DNA from: a virus
Lineage: Duplodnaviria; Caudoviricetes
Length of the DNA: 52,070 bases
Strand: one strand, 5' to 3'
Virus record (IMG/VR): IMGVR_UViG_3300036852_000324
Span: 1-52,070 of that record
Positions 43,981 to 51,469 of this stretch are shown piece by piece. The translations under genes were made by a program, and so were the position numbers. Each line of letters begins with the position of its first letter. Within the stretch, counting starts at the first letter, position 1. The notes below the pieces were generated by a model that was given only the letters and a program-made list of their open reading frames with translations, did no database searches and was not told where the DNA came from.

Positions 43981-45252
43981 GTGAGGATCACGGGATCTAA
44001 GGTCCACCGCGTATGGAAGTGCCAGGCCTCCGCCGTGCTGCCTCAGCTCGAGACCGATGATAGCCGGTTCGAGCCCGCAAGAAACAAGGGCAAGGCGATC
44101 CACGCGTTCCTGGAGACGGTAAAAACGCTGGGGAGATCCGGGGCGCTCGCCGCTGCCCCCGAGGATCTCCTGCCGCTGCTGGAGGCGCTGGATCTGGAAG
44201 ACCTCCCGGTCGGCCTGGCTTGCGAGGTCGCCTTCGCCTGGAACTGGCGAGACCACACCGCGCGCGAGCTGGGGCGAAGCCCGAATCTTCCGAGGCGAGT
44301 CGACGGCGGGGTCGACTACGACGCCATGGGCGTGAACTGGGGGTGCGAGATCCCGGGGACATACGACGTGGTGGGGGTACAGGGCGAGTTCGGCGAGGCC
44401 CAGACACGCGGATACCTCGGAGACTACAAGAGCGGGCATTCGAAGCATCCCGCGCCTGACATGTTCGGCCAGACCCTACTCGGCGCGCTGTGCGTACGCG
44501 CCGTGTACGGCTGCGACGCTGTGGTGGTCGAACTGATCCATATCCACGACAACGGCGGCCACTACAAGGCACGCCGGACCGTCAACGAGTGGGACCTCGA
44601 CATCTTCGCGCGCGAGATCGAGAACGCCATGTCCCCGTACGCTACTCCGACTCCGCGCGAGGGACCGCACTGCGACTACTGCCCGGCTTTCAAGGCGTGC
44701 CCCGCGAAGATCGGACTCGTTCGGAGCATCCCGGAGAAGCTTCTCGAGCTGGGTATCCGACCGGGGTCCGTCGTGGACGAGGCCGGCGTCGAGCAGAATG
44801 CTCTGGTCTTGACGCCGGGCATGCTGACGATCCGCAATGCCGCAGCGGCCTGGATGACGCTCGAGCTGATCGCGGACGTCGTGAACCGGGCCAAGGACGA
44901 GGTCATCGGAATCGCGGCCATGGAGGAGATCCCGTTGCCCGACGGACGAGTCATCGGTCGCCTGGTGACCGAGAAGCGGTCGGTCGACGGCAGGATCGCG
45001 GCCGAGGTCCTCGAGTCACGCTACGGACGGGAGACCAGGGACGAGTTCGTAGAGCCGCACGTGACCATGACCTCGTTGAGACAGGCGGCGGTCAAGAACA
45101 AGGCTGCTTCGGAGAAGATCGCGACCAAGAACAAGACGGGAGCCTTCGACAAGCTACTGCTCGCGATCGAGCAGAAGGGGGGCGTCCAGGTCAACGTGAC
45201 CGACGCGATCAGGCCCCACGTCCCGAAGAAAAAGCGGCTGACGGGCGGCTAG
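43981..45252 (+). CDS. PD-(D/E)XK exonuclease, Cas4/RecB-like with probable Fe-S cluster
   Basis: GKAIHAFLE, GTYD...GDYKSG, N-terminal Cys plus CDYCPAFKACP; partner of RecT-like gene. Confidence 0.8.
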   Translation: MRITGSKVHRVWKCQASAVLPQLETDDSRFEPARNKGKAIHAFLETVKTLGRSGALAAAPEDLLPLLEALDLEDLPVGLACEVAFAWNWRDHTARELGRSPNLPRRVDGGVDYDAMGVNWGCEIPGTYDVVGVQGEFGEAQTRGYLGDYKSGHSKHPAPDMFGQTLLGALCVRAVYGCDAVVVELIHIHDNGGHYKARRTVNEWDLDIFAREIENAMSPYATPTPREGPHCDYCPAFKACPAKIGLVRSIPEKLLELGIRPGSVVDEAGVEQNALVLTPGMLTIRNAAAAWMTLELIADVVNRAKDEVIGIAAMEEIPLPDGRVIGRLVTEKRSVDGRIAAEVLESRYGRETRDEFVEPHVTMTSLRQAAVKNKAASEKIATKNKTGAFDKLLLAIEQKGGVQVNVTDAIRPHVPKKKRLTGG

Positions 45253-45446
45253 CCGTCGATCCCGCAGCTCGATGCGCAGCTGCGCTGGATGCTGGTGTTG
45301 GATGGGCACCAGTAGACGATCGATTCGATCTCGGTATTGGTGACGACGTCCCCGTCGCCTCCGACCACTACTCTGAGCTGCGCCGCCGACAGGTCACGAA
45401 TCGTATCGCTCGTCAGGGCCAGCCTTGCCACCTTGGTCTTTTTCAT
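45249..45446 (-). CDS. RiPP (lanthipeptide-like) precursor peptide with double-glycine leader
   Basis: Leader MKKTKVARLALTSDTIRDLSAAQLRVVVGG; 35-aa core with 3 Cys and 8 Ser/Thr. Confidence 0.7.
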   Translation of the reverse strand: MKKTKVARLALTSDTIRDLSAAQLRVVVGGDGDVVTNTEIESIVYWCPSNTSIQRSCASSCGIDG

Positions 45447-45468
45447 GCGTCGGCATGTTGCCACCGAC

Positions 45469-45783
45469 CTACAGCATTGGTCGACAGCGCCATGCGGCAA
45501 TCTGATCCCGATAGGGAACGTCGAGACTCCTTAGCCAGATCGCGGACTTACCGACCGCCATAGGCGCGGGGCCGACCACCCAGTGCTCGCCGCGGGCCAG
45601 TCCATCTGCAATCTGGTCGACCGGGGCTCCGTTGTGCCACCCGATCAGTACAGGCCAGCGCTCGTAAATCGGTAGCGCCGGCGTTCGTAGCGTGTGGTCG
45701 TAGATCCGTGTATTGACCCGTGGGGCCTGAACTGGATCATCTTCGTAGTCGTATAGGACTGGCAGCCTGGACGTCCTAGCCAT
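45469..45783 (-). CDS. Hypothetical protein
   Basis: AAGGA SD; overlap with upstream gene. Confidence 0.5.
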   Translation of the reverse strand: MARTSRLPVLYDYEDDPVQAPRVNTRIYDHTLRTPALPIYERWPVLIGWHNGAPVDQIADGLARGEHWVVGPAPMAVGKSAIWLRSLDVPYRDQIAAWRCRPML

Positions 45784-45958
45784 TGGCCAATCCTTTCAGA
45801 TCCTGAGGGATTACAATCTCTGCGATTCGACGCGCCTCCATGGAGATCTGATTCATGGAATATTCAGAACCTGTGGACTTTAGTAAAATATGGCAAGCAT
45901 GAGATAGAAGGTCTGCGCACAAGCGAACCTCTGTTATCTGAGCTGGGGTTAGTTTCAT
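45776..45958 (-). CDS. Hypothetical protein (AT-richer than surroundings)
   Basis: AAGGAG SD, ATGA overlap. Confidence 0.55.
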   Translation of the reverse strand: MKLTPAQITEVRLCADLLSHACHILLKSTGSEYSMNQISMEARRIAEIVIPQDLKGLANG

Positions 45959-46164
45959 GGCGACTCCTTCGCGGCGCGGGCGTTGATGATGTCGACACAC
46001 CTCCGCCGGTTTGCTTGCTTGCCTCGTTCGGTCCGCGACCACAGCGCGCGATGGGCAATGACGTGAATCGGGATCCCCCGCCACAACTCGCGCCTGAAAT
46101 CAGACTGACCAAGATTCCGCACCATCGCGTCCGTCAGCGTCTCCGGTGTGACTGGCCTACCCAC
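45955..46164 (-). CDS. Hypothetical protein ending INARAAKE
   Basis: GGAGG SD, GTG start. Confidence 0.55.
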   Translation of the reverse strand: MGRPVTPETLTDAMVRNLGQSDFRRELWRGIPIHVIAHRALWSRTERGKQANRRRCVDIINARAAKESP

Positions 46165-46196
46165 GGTCCACCTCCTTCGCGGCGCGGGCGTTGATG
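45964..46196. repeat. Exact 25-bp direct repeat CTCCTTCGCGGCGCGGGCGTTGATG at 45964-45988 and 46172-46196
   Basis: Read directly; encodes INARAAKE plus the SD of the next gene. Confidence 0.9.
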
Positions 46197-46375
46197 CGAC
46201 CAGCCTCGGCGCCGATCTCATCTGCGATCGCGTCCATCCGATCTGCATCGGCACACAGCGACGCGATTCCCTCTGGGTCGTGTCCCTTGTCGTGGCGGTA
46301 CATGTCGGCGTGGTCGTAGATCGCCGATGCAACTGCCCCGGCGAGGTCGATCGGTATGGCGATCGTGACCTTCAC
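46157..46375 (-). CDS. Hypothetical protein ending INARAAKE
   Basis: GTGA overlap. Confidence 0.55.
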   Translation of the reverse strand: MKVTIAIPIDLAGAVASAIYDHADMYRHDKGHDPEGIASLCADADRMDAIADEIGAEAGRINARAAKEVDRG

Positions 46376-46499
46376 TGCCACACCATGTATAGCTGACGCT
46401 GCGCCCATGCCATATACGCGGCCCTGCGAACTGGCTCTCCTGCGTATTCGGTAAGGTTATCGATGGCCACCCACAGGCAGCCGGCAATGAAGTCTGTGA

Positions 46500-46503
<4 letters not shown>
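46372..46503 (-). CDS. 43-aa hypothetical protein
   Basis: GGAG SD, ATGA overlap. Confidence 0.45.
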
Positions 46504-47080
<577 letters not shown>

Positions 47081-47089
47081 GAATCCTCT

Positions 47090-47128
47090 TTTGACTTGTG
47101 CAATCAAGCACATGGTTTGGTTGACGAT
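47090..47128. promoter_or_regulatory. Conserved upstream motif TTTGA-N12-AGYACATRGTTTG (copy 1; others near 47677-47706 and 49761-49799)
   Basis: 21/22 identity between 47107-47128 and 49778-49799; each lies just upstream of a - strand start. Confidence 0.6.
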
Positions 47129-47181
47129 CTGGGGTCTGTCGGGAATCGGAGTCGGACTCCGGTGCCCTGCAGGCTACGAGT

Positions 47182-47496
47182 TCAGTCGATGCGATTCGGC
47201 CGTGCCGCGCTGCGTAGATCCTCGATGTACACGCGGCCAGCCTCGGTGATCTGACGGGCGTATGGGTCGTACTGGTTTCCGCGCGGCTTGGACGTGAGAC
47301 CCTTGGCGTCGAGCGCCTTGATAGAGGCGACAACACCGGCTCCGTGCACGTAGAAATCAGCCACGCTGCCGTCGATGGCGATGTAGCGCTCGGTGCGCTC
47401 CCTTGGTACCCAGTAGCGCTTAACGATTCCATCGTCCCACAGAGTGGCCTCGTCGATTATGCAGAGCATGGCGAGCTGATTCGGCGATAGCTTCAT
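47182..47496 (-). CDS. Winged-helix-like hypothetical protein
   Basis: MKLSPNQLAML...IKALDAKGL...ITEAGR; GAGGAG SD. Confidence 0.6.
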   Translation of the reverse strand: MKLSPNQLAMLCIIDEATLWDDGIVKRYWVPRERTERYIAIDGSVADFYVHGAGVVASIKALDAKGLTSKPRGNQYDPYARQITEAGRVYIEDLRSAARPNRID

Positions 47497-47657
47497 GGCT
47501 CCTCGCATTCACCGTCGTTGTCCTCCGGCGTGAGGTCCCGGTCGTCCAGGCAATCCCGGTAGTCCTGCAGCGCCTCCGCGCGGGCCATCTGCGCTGGACT
47601 CGGTCTCACCGGTGCCGGGTACAGCAGGGCAAGTATCATAGCTATCGACTTACTCAT
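47493..47657 (-). CDS. Small putatively exported peptide with two Cys
   Basis: Hydrophobic N-terminus; DCLDDR...C. Confidence 0.5.
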   Translation of the reverse strand: MSKSIAMILALLYPAPVRPSPAQMARAEALQDYRDCLDDRDLTPEDNDGECEEP

Positions 47658-47768
47658 CGCGTCCACCCTATCCTGGTTTGATGTCAGAAAACTAGTACAT
47701 AGTTTGTCTTGCGTTGGTCCAGCGCCGGAAGAGTTCCGGCGCTCGATTGGGCGCAAGGCCCGGGTCGG

Positions 47769-47990
47769 CTACGGCTTGAGGATTCCTCTCCTCAGGTAGA
47801 TTGGTCGGCAATACTCGTGAGCATCGTCGGCCGAGTTTCTGCCAATCCGCCATTTGCGGCGGATCAGATAGCCACGCCGATACAGCGCGGCCAGCGTGAC
47901 GCGCTGTCCATTTCCCTCCGCCCGGTGCCATTCGCCGGTCGCATTGGTATGCCCGACCGAATACAACACGGATGCCATTCTCGCGGTCAC
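47769..47990 (-). CDS. Small basic wHTH-like protein
   Basis: RVTLAALYRRGYL; GTGA overlap. Confidence 0.5.
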   Translation of the reverse strand: MTARMASVLYSVGHTNATGEWHRAEGNGQRVTLAALYRRGYLIRRKWRIGRNSADDAHEYCRPIYLRRGILKP

Positions 47991-48983
47991 AGCACGCCTC
48001 CCGCGCGTTTGCGGTCAAGCTCGATCTCGTCCCACACCCCGGAGAACCGAGCCGAGATCCCGCTGTAGTCATCCCCGAGCACGGTCTCCAGCTCGATGAC
48101 GGCCTGGCGAACCTGCTCGCGAGCGCTGGCCACGCGCTCCTCTCCGAGGACCTCACCGTAGGCCACGATGCGGGTCCCGACGGCGCGCAGGTCCTTCAGG
48201 AAGGTCTGCGCACGTTTGGGGCCAATGTCGCCTGCCGGTGGATCGCCGTGGGTTCCGGCTCGGATGAATTCGACGCGAGCGGACCGGGCCGGCGCACGCT
48301 CGGTCTCCAGACGTGCCATCAGGGTATCGACCTCGTCGACCAGGCCACGCACGATGCCGTCACGAAGCTGGTCGCTAGTCGCGACCGGGAGCGCCGGGAC
48401 AATCCAATCCGTGCCCCAGATCTGTGACACCGCCCCACATAGCCGGCCAGCGGCCTCGGAGTGCCGTGCGGGGACATACCATCCGACACCGAATCGCACC
48501 GCGTCATAGGCGGACATGAGCGTGCGTCCGAGCCACCCGGTGACGTCAGCGGCCTGGTAGATCTCCTGGTCGACGGCCAGGCGGTATTCGGTCAGCACGC
48601 GAACTCCGATCGCTGCGTTGCCGTCGTACGTCAGCTCGCCGCTGGAGGAGAGCGTGGCGCGCATCTCGACCGAGCCCAGCTCGCTGCCCACGAGCGACTT
48701 GTGGTTGACCTTTCCGACGGTCCACGAACCCCTGCGCCGTCAGCGCCGACATGCATCGACCAGCCTGCGACCGAGCCGATGCCGCCGGCGGAGCCTTGAT
48801 TCCCGTTCCCTCGAGCGCCTCGACCAGGGAGCCACGGGTGATTACTACGTTGATGTGCTCGTACTGGTCGTATAGGGCCAGTCGGGCAGCTTCCTGGTCG
48901 GCCCCATGGCGCTCGACGATGAAGCGCTGCTTGACGCCGATTCCACCCTTGCGGCGAGCTTCGATGTTGAACCGGAAGCGCAT
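47987..48983 (-). pseudogene. Frameshifted/chimeric gene (frame change near 48722-48732)
   Basis: Frame A reads ...MSALTAQGFV then degenerates; frame B opens after a TGA as SWTVGKVNH... and runs to 47987 without a good RBS. Confidence 0.55.
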
Positions 48984-48985
48984 GG

Positions 48986-49282
48986 CTATTCCCCCTCATG
49001 AGCGAAGTAGTAAGACTCACCGGACCAGATGCGCGTACTGCCCTGATAGCGCCCGTCTACGATGTTGGGCCTGTGATCCACGAACTCGACGCGCAGGTCG
49101 CCGCAGTAGTTGCCGATGTGACCAGACGGCTTCGCAATATCGAACCCCAGGCTTGCGGCGACGCGCTCCGCGAACGCGCGGCAATTCATCTTGGTATCGC
49201 CGTCCAGGTTCTCGGTGTAGTACACGATTCCACTGTCGGGGCCTTCGTTGCAGTACACGATGACGTGCATATCGGACAGCAT
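48986..49282 (-). CDS. Hypothetical protein
   Basis: Bounded by junction repeats. Confidence 0.6.
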   Translation of the reverse strand: MLSDMHVIVYCNEGPDSGIVYYTENLDGDTKMNCRAFAERVAASLGFDIAKPSGHIGNYCGDLRVEFVDHRPNIVDGRYQGSTRIWSGESYYFAHEGE

Positions 49283-49284
49283 GG

Positions 49285-49452
49285 CTACTTGCCCTCCAGG
49301 TTGATGCGGTACTTGGGGTCACACTTATTCCAGCACTCGAGGCACACCGCCCCGACGTACATCAGGCGATGCTTCCCGAGGGCCGTCCGGTTGCAGCCAC
49401 GCTCGCCGTGGTCGCAGGCCAGGTTCTCGCAGTTGCACTTACTGAGCGCCAT
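49285..49452 (-). CDS. 55-aa Cys-rich (7 Cys) putative metal-binding protein
   Basis: MALSKCNCENLACDH...C...CLECWNKC; bounded by junction repeats. Confidence 0.6.
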   Translation of the reverse strand: MALSKCNCENLACDHGERGCNRTALGKHRLMYVGAVCLECWNKCDPKYRINLEGK

Positions 49453-49454
49453 GG

Positions 49455-49745
49455 CTACTTGCCCTCCGTGACCGGGGCCCGGAACCACGCGCGGTCCGCC
49501 GGGAGGAACAGCTCGGCATCGGCCAGCCAGCTGCGCGGCAGGAATCGGCCGAGACCGTCGCGGGGCTGTGAGCGCACGCCGTCGACCCACGACATGCTGG
49601 GCTGTGCCAGGATGCGGCCGACGAGGGCGGCATTGGCAACCTCGGCAATGGCCATCTTGCGGCGAGCGGCAAAGGCGCGCTCGTAGTCGGCAATGTGACG
49701 GACGGTCGGGAGCGCGGTGAGCACGGATGGGGGCAGGTTGCGCAT
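49455..49745 (-). CDS. Hypothetical protein
   Basis: AAGGAG SD; QPRDGLGRF motif. Confidence 0.55.
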   Translation of the reverse strand: MRNLPPSVLTALPTVRHIADYERAFAARRKMAIAEVANAALVGRILAQPSMSWVDGVRSQPRDGLGRFLPRSWLADAELFLPADRAWFRAPVTEGK

Positions 49746-49859
49746 GGGGTCTCCTTTGGGTTTGACATGCTCGAAAGAGCACATGGTTTGGTAGACGATG
49801 GCTGTTCGCGGGACGGAGCGAGTCGTACTCCGTGCCACTGGCCGGCATCGGCTGGCTAG

Positions 49860-50153
49860 CTACTCTGCTGTCTGCTCTGCCAGCTGGTCGGCCACGCCGT
49901 TGACCAGCTCCCTGGATAGTTCAGTCAGCGTGTTGTCATCGGCGTTGGGATTCAGCTCGATGGCCTCGCATGCAGCGCCATGCTGGGTGTCGTACTGGAC
50001 ATCTCCAGTGGCGAACCACAGCTCGCCGTCGGCGTTGGCGACGAGGCGAACATCGAGCGGTCCGCCGATATCCTTGCTTAGTATGCGCAGCACAGTCTTT
50101 ACCCGTATGGCATTGCGCTCGATGCTGTCTGGATTGGTGTGGTCGAGGAGCAT
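49860..50153 (-). CDS. Hypothetical protein
   Basis: GGAGG SD in junction repeat. Confidence 0.6.
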   Translation of the reverse strand: MLLDHTNPDSIERNAIRVKTVLRILSKDIGGPLDVRLVANADGELWFATGDVQYDTQHGAACEAIELNPNADDNTLTELSRELVNGVADQLAEQTAE

Positions 50154-50155
50154 GG

Positions 50156-50539
50156 CTACTTGACCTCCGGGTTGATGGCCTGTTGCAGGTCGGGATCGGA
50201 TGCCAGCTCCGCAGCGCTAGGCACCTCGAGTTCGCAGATGGCCAGGGCTTGCTCGACGGAGACACCATCGACCGGTCCGTTGCGCTCGTCTACGCAGTCC
50301 GAGATCCACTGCTCGAGCTGGAGTCGAGCGAGCGACTTGGCGTACGACGCGCGGGCCTTGGCGAGCTTGAGGCGATGTGAGGCCAGCTTCGCAGCGGCGC
50401 GTGCCTTGACCACGTCAGCCCTGGTTGACTTGACCGAGGCAGTAGCGGATTTGACAGACACACTGGCATCGTGGCGCGGAGAGGCCAATGCAGCGGACGG
50501 GGCTAGGAGTGAGAGCACGAGGGCGAGGCGGGACAGCAT
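50156..50539 (-). CDS. Secreted protein with Sec signal peptide and C-terminal two-Cys domain
   Basis: MLSRLALVLSLLAPSAALA-S; AAGGAG SD. Confidence 0.65.
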   Translation of the reverse strand: MLSRLALVLSLLAPSAALASPRHDASVSVKSATASVKSTRADVVKARAAAKLASHRLKLAKARASYAKSLARLQLEQWISDCVDERNGPVDGVSVEQALAICELEVPSAAELASDPDLQQAINPEVK

Positions 50540-50652
50540 GGTGGGTCTCCTTGTTGATGGACGTGGCGTCCGGCGAGGCGGCAGAGAGACGCGCCAGTCG
50601 GGCCCGACTGGATGCTCCCTGTAACCTCGACGGGCACAGCGGCCCTCGTGCG

Positions 50653-51075
50653 CTACCGCATGCCCGGGTTGGCAGAGCGGATGTCCTCGGGGCTGATGTA
50701 ACAGCCCTCTGCCTCGTACACGCGGCTCTTGAGCACGCTCTCGGTTGCGTCCCTGTCGAGGAGCCACTGCTCGCACATGCGCCACGCCGTGAGGTCGCGG
50801 TGCGCGGCGCCGGCGTAGTGGACCAGCTCCTCGCGGCCCGCGGCGCGCATCTGGTCGACCATGGCGTTGACGGTCGGGTGCATCACGTTGGTGGGGCGGA
50901 TGCTGAGGTCGGTTCCCACAGGGCCGGAAACTCGGATCTCGCACGGCTGGCACACCAGGCCATAGGCTGGGTTGCTTGCGTCAAGCTCGGAGTTCCCACA
51001 GTTTCCGCATGCCTTGTAGGCGTCGCCGATGCGGGAGGAGGTGGCGTGGTCAACGGTGTAGGTCTTGGTGGTCAT
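50653..51075 (-). CDS. Hypothetical Zn-ribbon protein
   Basis: CGNC...CQPC; AAGGA SD. Confidence 0.6.
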   Translation of the reverse strand: MTTKTYTVDHATSSRIGDAYKACGNCGNSELDASNPAYGLVCQPCEIRVSGPVGTDLSIRPTNVMHPTVNAMVDQMRAAGREELVHYAGAAHRDLTAWRMCEQWLLDRDATESVLKSRVYEAEGCYISPEDIRSANPGMR

Positions 51076-51096
51076 GGTCGTGGTCCTTTCGTGGGT

Positions 51097-51198
51097 TCAG
51101 TGGGTGACTGCGTAGACGAACAGTGCGATGCAGGGCGACATGGCGGCCAGGGCAGTGGCAGCGGAGAGCAGGTAGTCCTTGATGGTTGGCTTGGTCAT
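51097..51198 (-). CDS. 33-aa single-TM peptide
   Basis: MTKPTIKDYLLSAATALAAMSPCIALFVYAVTH, translated by hand. Confidence 0.45.
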   Translation of the reverse strand: MTKPTIKDYLLSAATALAAMSPCIALFVYAVTH

Positions 51199-51271
51199 GG
51201 TCGGTATCCCTGTGTGGTTTGACTAGGTGGCTACTGTAGTGGTTTTGACAGGTAGTGATTACTGTGTAGGG

Positions 51272-51463
51272 CTAGATGGTGATACCCACGGTATCGATCC
51301 CTAGGTACCGCATGCGCTGCGTGTCCATGCGGAGTGCGTCCTGAAGGTGGCACTCCGCAATCTCCTGACCCTCGTGGTGCCAGGCCGCCAGCAGTGCGGC
51401 GGTGAGCGTGAGCGTCTGTGCCAGCAGGGGGAGGGAAGCGTCGAATGCGGTCGGGGTAGGCAT
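51272..51463 (-). CDS. Hypothetical protein
   Basis: AGGAG SD. Confidence 0.5.
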   Translation of the reverse strand: MPTPTAFDASLPLLAQTLTLTAALLAAWHHEGQEIAECHLQDALRMDTQRMRYLGIDTVGITI

Positions 51464-51469
51464 GGGGTA

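Larger units (their letters stand above)
48981..50168. repeat. Gene-junction repeat CATGGCTACTTGCCCTCC (48981-48997 degenerate, 49280-49297, 49450-49467, 50151-50168)
   Basis: On - strand GGAGGgcAAG-TAG-CC-ATG = SD + stop + start. Confidence 0.85.

Noticed and set aside
43981-45252. CRISPR-Cas locus based on the Cas4-like gene
   Set aside because: No cas1/cas2 or repeat-spacer array; context next to RecT indicates a recombination exonuclease
48981-50168. Junction repeats as a CRISPR mini-array or integron attC sites
   Set aside because: Spacing is irregular (170-700 bp), the intervening DNA is whole genes, and the repeats are not palindromic
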